A stretch of DNA of 64,000 nucleotides, from the IMG/VR virus record IMGVR_UViG_3300047442_000001, positions 1 to 64,000 of that record. The stretch is one strand, 5' to 3'. The translations under genes were made by a program, and so were the position numbers. The notes below the pieces were generated by a model. It saw only the letters and a program-made list of their open reading frames with translations. It was not told where the DNA came from and did not search any database. This DNA comes from a virus. Below are positions 17,288 through 25,403 of this stretch, one piece after another (the stretch's first letter is position 1; every line of letters starts with the position of its first letter).

Positions 17288-20200
17288 TTACTTAAGTCGC
17301 GCCCAGTTGACCGCGAACTTCATCGAAGTCGTGATCTTCACGCCGTTGGGAAGATCGACTGGGTTCATCATGAAGGTCTCGACCGTGGTCGCGGTCACCG
17401 ACCTAGAGACTTCGGTATCGCGGACCTGGAACAGGTTCTCATCGTGGATCGACATCAGGAGCGACGTGCCCACACGGTCCAGCGTCTTCTTTCCTTTGTT
17501 CCACAGATCCGCGAGACCCATCTTCAGCACTTCAGCCGCGGTACATTGAATACGGAAATTGACGGCCTCACGTTCTGCGGCTTCTCTGATGCCGTTGATC
17601 TGCGACCACACGCCCGGGCAGTAACGGATGTGCCCCATGAGCGAGCGCACGTAGCCGTGCTGCCGGGCGAAGGACACGGTCTCTTCGATGTAGTCACCGA
17701 TCCCCGGGAACACTTCGCGAATCCACATCCGAATGAGGTCCGCGCACTCTTCAAGGGTGTACTTCATTCCACGAAGTTCCATCTGCGCCTGAAGTCCGCG
17801 TGGCGTGATCCCGAAGACGATACCGAAGTTGAGGTTCTTCGACGATTCGCGGATATCTGCGTACTTCTTTACGCCAGCTTTGCGGCCTTCGTAGATTTCG
17901 TCGTAGCTCATCGACCACGCTCGGGCGGCTCCGATGATGTGCGGGTCGCGACCTTCGATGAAGGCACGGAGAAGTTCACCGTCGCCGGAGAGCGCGGCCA
18001 GAACGCGGAGCTCGACTTGTTCATAGTCGGCCGAACTCAAGACGAAGCCATCCGGCGCGATGAAGCACTCGCGAATCAAGCGGCCGAGGTCAGCGCCACC
18101 TTTGTTGCGGACCGGGATGTTCTGAAGATTGATCGGATCTCCGGATGCCCAACGAAATGTTGCCGCGGTCGTCGGGCGGATACGTGTGTGAACTCTTCCT
18201 TCTTTGTCGACTAAGCGCGGGATCTTCTCCGCGTACGTGGTCACGAGCTTGTGCCGCGTTCTGTAGTCCAAGATCAACTGAACCGTCGACACGATGTCTT
18301 CGCGGTCGGAATACTTCAGCTTCAACCCTTCCAAGACTTTGTCGTCGGTCGAAGCACGCCTGCCGGACTTCGTCAACTTTTCCGATTGAAGGTCGAAGCT
18401 GAACGTGGGCTCGAAGTCCACTTTGTCTTCGTCCGTGTACGTGAGCTTCCGTTCACCGAAGAGAAGTGCCGCGACTTGGTCCCCAGACGCTGGATTGATC
18501 GGTCGTCCGCAGGCGCGGCGAAGTTGATGAAGGATCTCGTCGTTTTCGCGGCGCAGACGTTTCGCCAAGCGAAGGAGCTTGTCGCAGTCGACCAGCATCC
18601 CGTTGCGTTGGATCTCGGCGGCGGCGGGGATCACCGAGAGATCGATCCGGTAGGCACGACGAAGATCCATTGAATCGATCATCGCGGAGACCTTCGGATA
18701 GATCCTCAGGGTAACGTCTGCGTCACGCGCCGAGTACTGGATAGCGTCGTCGGACGGTATGTCGTCCAAGGTGGGCTCTGGCATCGGCCCAAGTAGCTCC
18801 TCCACAGGACCGCGAACGTCGTCATCCCAGCTCTTCCACCGATCGCGGATCGTTCTCGGTTTCCGTTCGTTGCCTTCGGTCTCGACTGAATCTTCGTCAG
18901 CGTCCGAGTCAGGATCGTCGAACGTGCCCTTCTCGATGTCTTCTTGCAGCTTCCGCAGGTAGCGTCCGATCTCCCATCCGGTACTGATCGACCAGACTCC
19001 GGTGTCCCAGTGGTATTTCGGTTGGCCCGCGCGCGCGGGCCACAGTCCGCCGTCGATGCACGCGGTACAGGCGTCTGTGGACTTTGAACAGGAGCAGAAC
19101 TTGGTCGTATGCTTCTTAGCTCCACTGATTCGACCAAACCCGAGGCACAGATCGCAATTCGGATCGGTGACACGTCGCGTCTCCGCAACTTTGCCGGTTC
19201 CACCGCAGACAGCGCACCGTTTCGCGTCTATGGCTCGTTTGATGTAGCTGAGTGCTAGTCTCCGTTCAGCGGGACGGATGACGTCGTCGTAGGACTGCAT
19301 CGGAACGCCGGCTAGCCGACGACCGTTGGGCTTCAGTCCAAGAGGGAGCAGCCGAAGACAGAAGAGCATGAGCATCGTGTCTTCGACGCGGGACCAGTCC
19401 ACTTCGATCCCAAGTTCCGACAGAATGGGCACGTCGTAGAGGGCATTATGAAAAATTACTCTCCCGGTCCCGGAAACGAGTCTACTGCTCTCCTGCAACG
19501 CAGCACTCTGCACGCTTCGCACGACCCGGGCTCGGCCGGCTTCGGATGCATAGGACAGCCCCCAGACATTTCCAATAACGCCTTCAGTATCAACGGCGAG
19601 CGTTCGCGGACGTAGGCGCGTGTTGCTTCTTTCAATAGATCGGCTGATGTCGGCATCTATGACTTCCTTGTAATCTGGGTGCGGGAACTCGTCGACAACG
19701 GAGAAGGGTTCCAAGTCTCCGTGAACGTAGAGGGAAAGTTGTTGGATGTCCCACCACACCAAGGGCGCGAGCTCGGAGTTGTGGAGTCCGGAAGCTGGGT
19801 GGTAGAGCGGAACGACTAGAATATTCTCCAGCCATCCTTGATCGCTTGGCCAGCGGTCTTCGGCTCCTTCGCCGACGCCACCACTGTCATCTCCGCTCCG
19901 CAGCCGCAGCGGCCCGGACCCGTTCCGATCGAGTGAGTCTCTCCCATCCGAAGGGAGTTGAACGTCCCCAAGTTTGGACACGCGTGCGTGTACTTCGGAT
20001 TCGACGGAACGCAGGTATGGATGTGCGTGCCCGGCGGAAGCCAGAAGAGCGTTTCTGAATTTTCGCTCGACTCCGTCCGCCGTCGACTGCCCCACTCGGG
20101 ACCGCTGTGCTCGTGGTACCACCGCATCCCGTTGCGATCGCAGGAGGCGTCGCACACGTGCTCCGAGCGGGAACGCGAGTCCGTGTGCCGCTTCCATAGT

Positions 20201-20554
20201 AACTTCAGAACCCAGAAGCCAGCGAGCAGCGACCCGGCCCACAGCACCAATCCACTTCGGCCGGACAGTAAGGATTTCTTCGATGATCTCGGGCTCGTCA
20301 CGGGCGATGTCCTCCTTCGACGGTGGTCTTTGTTTACCATTGACTACGGGTGGTTGGATTTTGACTAGGTTGGTGACGCGAATCGTATGACGTGGGAGCC
20401 GGGCGCGGTCCAACATCCGGTTGAGCTCCTTGCCCGACTTCCCGCGTTCACAGAACGGTTGTCCGGTGACGGTTTCCCAGTAGCCTGGAGCTTCGCCGAT
20501 GAGCAAGACTTCGGCGTCGGTGGGACCGTCACTTGGGACACGTCGCGGTTCCAC
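17288..20554 (-). CDS. family A DNA polymerase with 3'-5' exonuclease and N-terminal family-4-type UDG-like domain
   Basis: 1088 aa. UDG motifs GEAPG..GQPF and YHPAS. Exo motifs LAVDTEG, FHNALYDVPIL, YSARDADV. Pol motifs DYEQVELRVLA, KNLNFGIVFG, SIHDENL. Confidence 0.9.
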   Translation of the reverse strand: MEPRRVPSDGPTDAEVLLIGEAPGYWETVTGQPFCERGKSGKELNRMLDRARLPRHTIRVTNLVKIQPPVVNGKQRPPSKEDIARDEPEIIEEILTVRPKWIGAVGRVAARWLLGSEVTMEAAHGLAFPLGARVRRLLRSQRDAVVPRAQRSRVGQSTADGVERKFRNALLASAGHAHPYLRSVESEVHARVSKLGDVQLPSDGRDSLDRNGSGPLRLRSGDDSGGVGEGAEDRWPSDQGWLENILVVPLYHPASGLHNSELAPLVWWDIQQLSLYVHGDLEPFSVVDEFPHPDYKEVIDADISRSIERSNTRLRPRTLAVDTEGVIGNVWGLSYASEAGRARVVRSVQSAALQESSRLVSGTGRVIFHNALYDVPILSELGIEVDWSRVEDTMLMLFCLRLLPLGLKPNGRRLAGVPMQSYDDVIRPAERRLALSYIKRAIDAKRCAVCGGTGKVAETRRVTDPNCDLCLGFGRISGAKKHTTKFCSCSKSTDACTACIDGGLWPARAGQPKYHWDTGVWSISTGWEIGRYLRKLQEDIEKGTFDDPDSDADEDSVETEGNERKPRTIRDRWKSWDDDVRGPVEELLGPMPEPTLDDIPSDDAIQYSARDADVTLRIYPKVSAMIDSMDLRRAYRIDLSVIPAAAEIQRNGMLVDCDKLLRLAKRLRRENDEILHQLRRACGRPINPASGDQVAALLFGERKLTYTDEDKVDFEPTFSFDLQSEKLTKSGRRASTDDKVLEGLKLKYSDREDIVSTVQLILDYRTRHKLVTTYAEKIPRLVDKEGRVHTRIRPTTAATFRWASGDPINLQNIPVRNKGGADLGRLIRECFIAPDGFVLSSADYEQVELRVLAALSGDGELLRAFIEGRDPHIIGAARAWSMSYDEIYEGRKAGVKKYADIRESSKNLNFGIVFGITPRGLQAQMELRGMKYTLEECADLIRMWIREVFPGIGDYIEETVSFARQHGYVRSLMGHIRYCPGVWSQINGIREAAEREAVNFRIQCTAAEVLKMGLADLWNKGKKTLDRVGTSLLMSIHDENLFQVRDTEVSRSVTATTVETFMMNPVDLPNGVKITTSMKFAVNWARLK

Positions 20555-20559
20555 TTCGT

Positions 20560-20910
20560 TCAGCCCAAGTTCCGAATTCCGCCGGGACCGCTGAACTGCT
20601 GGCTGCTGCCCTGCTTGGGTCGCCCAGCGCTACCGCTGATCGTTGACGCCTGCATCTTCGCTCCAGCGTAGAGAGATCCTGAGTCCGACTTCTGTTGCTC
20701 TTCTTCGTTGTAGTGGTACCGGGCGTGGTCGTACAGCGGAAGATTGGACGAATCGACGTGTATGTCCTGACCGCACGATCCGCACCTGAGGACGCGCACG
20801 GCGCGACCAGCTTCGAGCTGAATGTCATACGAACCGGGGCCTGTCACCAAAGCTGTAACAGGCGCGTCGGTGTGATGAACCGGGAAAAACAGAACACGTA
20901 CGGTGGACAT
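20560..20910 (-). CDS. hypothetical protein
   Basis: Frame 20560..20928; second ATG (20910) lies 8 nt after GAAGGAGG. Confidence 0.5.
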   Translation of the reverse strand: MSTVRVLFFPVHHTDAPVTALVTGPGSYDIQLEAGRAVRVLRCGSCGQDIHVDSSNLPLYDHARYHYNEEEQQKSDSGSLYAGAKMQASTISGSAGRPKQGSSQQFSGPGGIRNLG

Positions 20911-20924
20911 TGGACAAACCTCCT

Positions 20925-21548
20925 TCATGGTTGCTGTTGACTGTTGATGACGACGATCTTCCGGTCCACGAGGACCTTGGTGATCGCGGCTGCGCCAATT
21001 TGCTGTGACACAAGTTCAGGCTTGAACACAGACTTCCACTTTCCTTCGACCTTTTCTTCGACGAATTTCCCTTGACGGTAGTGGTTGAGCCCCGACCACA
21101 GGTACGGCGACGGGATCGGCGGCTTCAGACCGCGGTAGCCGAAGCCGTTGTACCGTTCAAAGACGTACAAGGAGCCCGCGATCGTCCACTCAGTCCACCG
21201 GTCGAGCCCCTCGAACTTGAGCGCGTCGGCCGCGGAGTCGGTCCAAGTGAACGGTGGCCCACCGAGCTTCGGGCGCCCCGGAGGAAAGTGGACCGTTCGT
21301 CCAGTGAGAGGGTCGCCATTGTGAAGGTGGGCTCTGAAGTCACCTGAAGACTCCATGTGGTGGATGACGCCGACGACCCACCACGGGACCGAGGTCAACT
21401 TTGAAACGATCTCGTACTGGTCGCGTGGAGCTCGAGCCGTGATCGCTTTGACCGCGGCGATGGCCGCGTCTTCGCTGATCCGGCTGAAGAACGCGGCTGA
21501 ACGAAACAGTCGAGCGTAGTCGCTGCGGAGTTCGTCGGTGAGCTTCAA
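20925..21548 (-). CDS. lysozyme-family protein (COG5526-like), endolysin candidate
   Basis: Frame 20925..21641. Motifs VIHHMESS, HLHNGDPLTGRT, PPFTW, ERYNGFGYR, SPYLWSG..Y..GKF recalled from that family. TTG 21548 overlaps upstream stop (TTGA). Confidence 0.6.
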   Translation of the reverse strand: MKLTDELRSDYARLFRSAAFFSRISEDAAIAAVKAITARAPRDQYEIVSKLTSVPWWVVGVIHHMESSGDFRAHLHNGDPLTGRTVHFPPGRPKLGGPPFTWTDSAADALKFEGLDRWTEWTIAGSLYVFERYNGFGYRGLKPPIPSPYLWSGLNHYRQGKFVEEKVEGKWKSVFKPELVSQQIGAAAITKVLVDRKIVVINSQQQP

Positions 21549-21955
21549 TTGGTCGCTACTCCCGAAGTGGTGAGGGCACGTGATAGATCGGAAAGGTGAC
21601 TGACCACGAGCGCGTAGATCGCGTCCATGGCGCGGTCCCATTCGGCTTCGACTTCAGCGACCGGCGCTTCGGTCTGAATCGAAGAGTCCTGGCCCACCGT
21701 GTTGACCAGAAGAATTTCAGTCACCGGGGTCAACTCTTTGAGACAACCGAACTGGTCGCGGCACAGCTCGTCCACGAAGACCGCGGCGGCGACGAAGCGG
21801 TCGTACCGATCCGAGTCCTTCGACATCTGCGCTGCGCACTGTGGCGTGTGGTCGACGTGGTGTCGCGTCAGGGACCGGATGAGGACCACGTTCATCGGAT
21901 TGATCGAAACCGGAGGACCGGCGAGCGGTCGAATGTGGAGAAGGTATTCAGTCAT
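21545..21955 (-). CDS. hypothetical protein
   Basis: 136-aa ORF; 4-nt overlap with upstream gene. Confidence 0.5.
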   Translation of the reverse strand: MTEYLLHIRPLAGPPVSINPMNVVLIRSLTRHHVDHTPQCAAQMSKDSDRYDRFVAAAVFVDELCRDQFGCLKELTPVTEILLVNTVGQDSSIQTEAPVAEVEAEWDRAMDAIYALVVSHLSDLSRALTTSGVATN

Positions 21956-22836
21956 CGTTGCTTCCTTCCTTGGTCGTCCGGCTTCCCGGACCGAGTTCTA
22001 TAGTGGTGTTCTTCCTTCGACGCTTTCACCGCGCGCGCGGCAAGAGTTCGACCAATACCGTCGACCTTCTGCCAGTCGGCTTCGGTCGCCAAGACCGCAC
22101 GTTCGACAGTGCCGAAGTGCTCCGCCGCAGCCATTGCTTTGTCCCAGCCGATCCCGTAGACGAGCTTGTGGATCACGTTCGCTGCGGTGGACGGCTTCAC
22201 CAACATCGAAGTCCCCGTCGAACGTTCGACGATCTCCACTTTGTCTTCGGTCAGTGACTCGTCGAAGCACTTCAGCAACTTGTGCGTGTCCCACGACCGC
22301 GAGAACATCCCGTGGAGCATCCCCACGAGCGACCCGGTTTCTTCGTTGGAGCCAGTGAAGAGAAAGTTGACTGAAGCTCCGACACTGAGTTCCGCGATCA
22401 TCGCCCAGAACGTTGAGTACAACATTCGCTGGGCTCGACCGAAGAACGCCTGAGCCCAGTAGCCTTCCTCGTAGAATTTGCGGTCATACTTGTGCTCGCG
22501 CCAGTAGCGGCCGAACTTCTTTTCTTGGTTCCGTGGCGTCCACACTTGAAGGTTGCCGGCGTAGTCGGAACGGACGCGGTCCTGGATGACGACGAAGATG
22601 ATGTCGTAGTCGTCGTGCATGTTGAGGAGCTGCTTCGCGTTGAAGCGGCCCGTTTCAATGGAGCCCAAGAAGTCGCCGAGGTGCTTGAGTTCGATACCGT
22701 ACCACGCCAAGCCGCGGGGCGAATGACCGACGAAACCGAAGTCGCCGCTGTCCAACATAGTGACGACGACCTTGTGCTGCGAAGGAATGTGGGCTCGGAT
22801 GGTGATCGAGCCGGCGCGTGGGTCGAGCAGGATCAT
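21952..22836 (-). CDS. ERCC4 (XPF/Mus81-like) nuclease with C-terminal helix-hairpin-helix
   Basis: Frame 21952..22926; ATG 22836 overlaps upstream stop (ATGA); DSGDFGF...IELKHLGDFLGSI..GR...Q; HhH WQKVDGIGRTLAARAV. Confidence 0.65.
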   Translation of the reverse strand: MILLDPRAGSITIRAHIPSQHKVVVTMLDSGDFGFVGHSPRGLAWYGIELKHLGDFLGSIETGRFNAKQLLNMHDDYDIIFVVIQDRVRSDYAGNLQVWTPRNQEKKFGRYWREHKYDRKFYEEGYWAQAFFGRAQRMLYSTFWAMIAELSVGASVNFLFTGSNEETGSLVGMLHGMFSRSWDTHKLLKCFDESLTEDKVEIVERSTGTSMLVKPSTAANVIHKLVYGIGWDKAMAAAEHFGTVERAVLATEADWQKVDGIGRTLAARAVKASKEEHHYRTRSGKPDDQGRKQR

Positions 22837-23216
22837 AGGTACCATGACTCCCATCGTCGATCCAACTGGTGCTTCCAAGGCAATAGTTCGACTCGTTGAA
22901 ACTGTCGTGCACGGCCGAATGGCCAATGCTTGATGAATAAACCGCGCTCTGCTAAAGATTTCAGTTGAATCAGCTGATCATAAATGACGGCCATCTGACA
23001 CGCGAGCACCGAGCGGAGTGCATCCTCCCTGAAACTCAGACTGTGAACTGCAAAGTCCGATACGACTCTGTAGCACCAATCCACGTATCTTCCTGTGCGA
23101 CTGTGCACGCGCACGATGAAATAGGCGGCCAAACGCGCTTCGTCAGATATGAAGGATGCAGGTCCCAACGTCAGCCTGAAGAATTCGCCGGTGCTCTCGG
23201 TACTGAGTAGGAGCAT
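22833..23216 (-). CDS. hypothetical protein (codon-usage outlier)
   Basis: 127-aa ORF coupled at both ends (TGATG, ATGA); uses TTA/CTA/AGA/ATA/TTT codons that are rare in neighbouring genes. Confidence 0.45.
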   Translation of the reverse strand: MLLLSTESTGEFFRLTLGPASFISDEARLAAYFIVRVHSRTGRYVDWCYRVVSDFAVHSLSFREDALRSVLACQMAVIYDQLIQLKSLAERGLFIKHWPFGRARQFQRVELLPWKHQLDRRWESWYL

Positions 23217-23653
23217 CAGTGCCCTCCCGATCTGATCTCACTGCGGACTTGCATCAGCAGCCGTCCGAGGTGGTTGTCGCCGATACCTCGGCACACGCCC
23301 CAGAAAGTGTCACCCCATTCGTTCCATTCGATCAGCTCCGCGTCTTCAGTCGACAGAAGAAGGTCACGAAGTCCGCGGTTGGCGAACTTCTTCCGGAGAA
23401 GCTCCAACATGACATCGAGCCGCACTTCGGTCAAGTCTGAACGAAGAGGCACAGCGCGTCCGTAGCGTTTCGCGGCTCCCGGAGTGATCCCGGACCGGAA
23501 GTGGGCTCGGTGGTCTTCGGACTCGGTCTTCGCGGCTTGGTACGCGTGCTCGACCGAAGCGTAGATGCCTCCGTCGAATTCGACCGTCACGGCTTGGAAG
23601 TTTGACAGAAACCGGTATCGGCCGTCGAAGCGTTCGATGGGTTTAGTCTTCAT
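23216..23653 (-). CDS. NADAR (YbiA/DUF1768-like) domain protein
   Basis: 145 aa; FLSNF, SVEHAYQAAK, KF..R.LRDLLLST, WGDTFWG, GDNHLGRLLMQVR match YbiA-family motifs. Confidence 0.8.
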   Translation of the reverse strand: MKTKPIERFDGRYRFLSNFQAVTVEFDGGIYASVEHAYQAAKTESEDHRAHFRSGITPGAAKRYGRAVPLRSDLTEVRLDVMLELLRKKFANRGLRDLLLSTEDAELIEWNEWGDTFWGVCRGIGDNHLGRLLMQVRSEIRSGGH

Positions 23654-24569
23654 CTTCGTCCTTCCCCTTCGACTTCGACTTCGGTTTCAGGTCGACCCAG
23701 TCTTCAGGCTCAGTCTTCACGAGTTGTTCGCTGCTGATCCAAGCGAACGGTCCCCACTTGCCCCAGTCGTCTTCTGTGTACACAGCTCTGTTGGTCTTCG
23801 CGTTGAGCCCGGAGCGGAGAACTTCCACTTGGAATTGGCCCTTCTTGTTGATCGAAGTTTCAAGGATCACCTGGACCGCGTAGTGGGTCTTCTGGTAGCC
23901 GTCCAGGATGCGACGCCCGGTTTTCTCGTTCTCGGTGACCGTGTTGCCGCGTTCGTCCACCTTTTTGACGGGGCCGTATTCGTCCTTGAGCTCGTGGACC
24001 CAGACCACTGACGCCGCGTACTTGTGACCTTCCCTCATCAGAGTTCCGATCTCCAGGTTCGCGTCGCCGCGCGCGTACTGGGGGATCTTCGACAGGCGCC
24101 CGAACTCGGAAATGAGACGAAGGTCGATGAGCGAAGAGGCGTCGTCTACCGAAATCAGACGGACGCCGCCCGGTCGAAGTGAAGACTCGAGCGCCATGTG
24201 ATAGTGCTCGATGAACTTGTTCCATTCGGCCATCCCTTCGCTCTTCGCCTTGGACATGGCCTCTTGGACTCCGGCGTCGGAGAGTTTCGCGTTCCATCCG
24301 ACAACTTTGGGGATGCGCAAAGGAAGCCGGACGATGGTCTTGGGCTCGTGGCTTCGGCTACCGCGCTCCCACGGGTTGGCGACGCCTTCGAGCCGGTCAT
24401 CTATGTCGAGGTGAACTTGCGGATGCGGCCCGGACAAAGGGAAGGTGGACTTGGCCGTCTTCGGTTCGCCTTGGACTGAATAGATGATCCTCGGGAGCTC
24501 GCGGCGGATTCGTTCAAACTTCCCCTTTTCGAGTCCGGGGATGGAAGGTACCGACTTCTCGTTCGCCAT
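23643..24569 (-). CDS. RecA-fold ATPase, AAA_24/Sak4-like (recombination/replication accessory)
   Basis: Frame 23643..24605; ATG 24569 after AGGAAGGAA; degenerate Walker A GEPKTAKST; Walker B-like VRLISVDD; basic/acidic tail KPKSKSKGKDEDED. Confidence 0.5.
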   Translation of the reverse strand: MANEKSVPSIPGLEKGKFERIRRELPRIIYSVQGEPKTAKSTFPLSGPHPQVHLDIDDRLEGVANPWERGSRSHEPKTIVRLPLRIPKVVGWNAKLSDAGVQEAMSKAKSEGMAEWNKFIEHYHMALESSLRPGGVRLISVDDASSLIDLRLISEFGRLSKIPQYARGDANLEIGTLMREGHKYAASVVWVHELKDEYGPVKKVDERGNTVTENEKTGRRILDGYQKTHYAVQVILETSINKKGQFQVEVLRSGLNAKTNRAVYTEDDWGKWGPFAWISSEQLVKTEPEDWVDLKPKSKSKGKDEDED

Positions 24570-24745
24570 TACCGTTCCTTCCTGTCGCGGCGGCCGAATT
24601 TCCATAGTGCGAGCGCTCCACCAATGAACGGGATACGTCCGATCCAGCCGCCCCGCTCTGGGTACTTAGCGAGGCTGTATAGCGTCACATCTATGACTAG
24701 AGTGGCAAAGATTCCGACTACTGCCGTCCATGCTCCTGCCGTCAT
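24569..24745 (-). CDS. small 2-TM membrane protein (holin-like topology)
   Basis: Frame 24569..24811; ATG 24745 lies 8 nt after GAGGAG; two hydrophobic helices plus basic tail KFGRRDRKER. Confidence 0.45.
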   Translation of the reverse strand: MTAGAWTAVVGIFATLVIDVTLYSLAKYPERGGWIGRIPFIGGALALWKFGRRDRKER

Positions 24746-24759
24746 TTGACTGTTCTCCT

Positions 24760-25038
24760 CTACGATTGAACTTTCCTGCCGCCGAGCGCGTTGACCGCTG
24801 AATCGATCCACATGCCCACGGCCAGATTGAAGTCTGAGTCTGATTGAATCGTTCCTTGGGCCGCTTCGGACCGAAGGAGCTTAAGTAATGAAGACCGCGC
24901 CAACTTGGCGACAGTTGACGAGTGAAACTGGACAGCGGTCGTCGACAGCACGTCGCCCGCGGACTGGAACATAAGAACGGGACCGCGGTGCTTGACCGCG
25001 GCGCCCGAAGACAGAAGACGACGCCATGGGCGCTTCAC
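24760..25038 (-). CDS. hypothetical protein
   Basis: Frame 24760..25197; GTG 25038 overlaps upstream stop (GTGA) and lies 8 nt after GGAG. Confidence 0.4.
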   Translation of the reverse strand: MKRPWRRLLSSGAAVKHRGPVLMFQSAGDVLSTTAVQFHSSTVAKLARSSLLKLLRSEAAQGTIQSDSDFNLAVGMWIDSAVNALGGRKVQS

Positions 25039-25403
25039 GAGGTCAGCTCCTTCAACGACTCTCTCAAATGTTCCCGGATATGGTCCATCGTGATCTTCGA
25101 CGCGAACTCCACCGCCATGAGATAGGCGACTGAAGGATCGTGGACCTCTTCCACGGTCCGCACGTCCGGGAACGTGGTCAGCATTTCCGCGGCCCACATG
25201 ATCCCGATGGCGATGAGGACGATGTCGGCATAGTCGATCGATTCCTTCGTTTCGAGCTCCGCGGCTGCGTTCGACATGACCGTCGACAGAAGGATGCTGA
25301 GCTGCTCAGCGGTAACTACGTCCTTGTGGCCCAAGGAACGTCCAACGAGACTGTCCAGAAGGCTCGGTAAGTCAGACGGCGGTGGCATCGAGCAGTCCTC
25401 CAT
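25035..25403 (-). CDS. hypothetical acidic helical protein
   Basis: 122-aa ORF (alternative ATG 25388). Confidence 0.5.
   Translation of the reverse strand: MEDCSMPPPSDLPSLLDSLVGRSLGHKDVVTAEQLSILLSTVMSNAAAELETKESIDYADIVLIAIGIMWAAEMLTTFPDVRTVEEVHDPSVAYLMAVEFASKITMDHIREHLRESLKELTS

Noticed and set aside
19816-20340. 174-aa alternative-frame ORF inside the UDG insertion, with Cys/His pairs, considered as a nested HNH-type homing endonuclease
   Set aside because: It has no recognisable HNH or GIY-YIG spacing, no RBS, and the same strand is already read through by the polymerase frame. It cannot be supported by eye, but it is flagged in the finding on the UDG-domain insertion.
17288-20554. Intein in the polymerase (and in the 719-aa terminase)
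   Set aside because: I saw no Cys/Ser...His-Asn-Cys/Ser/Thr splice-junction pattern around the insertions.
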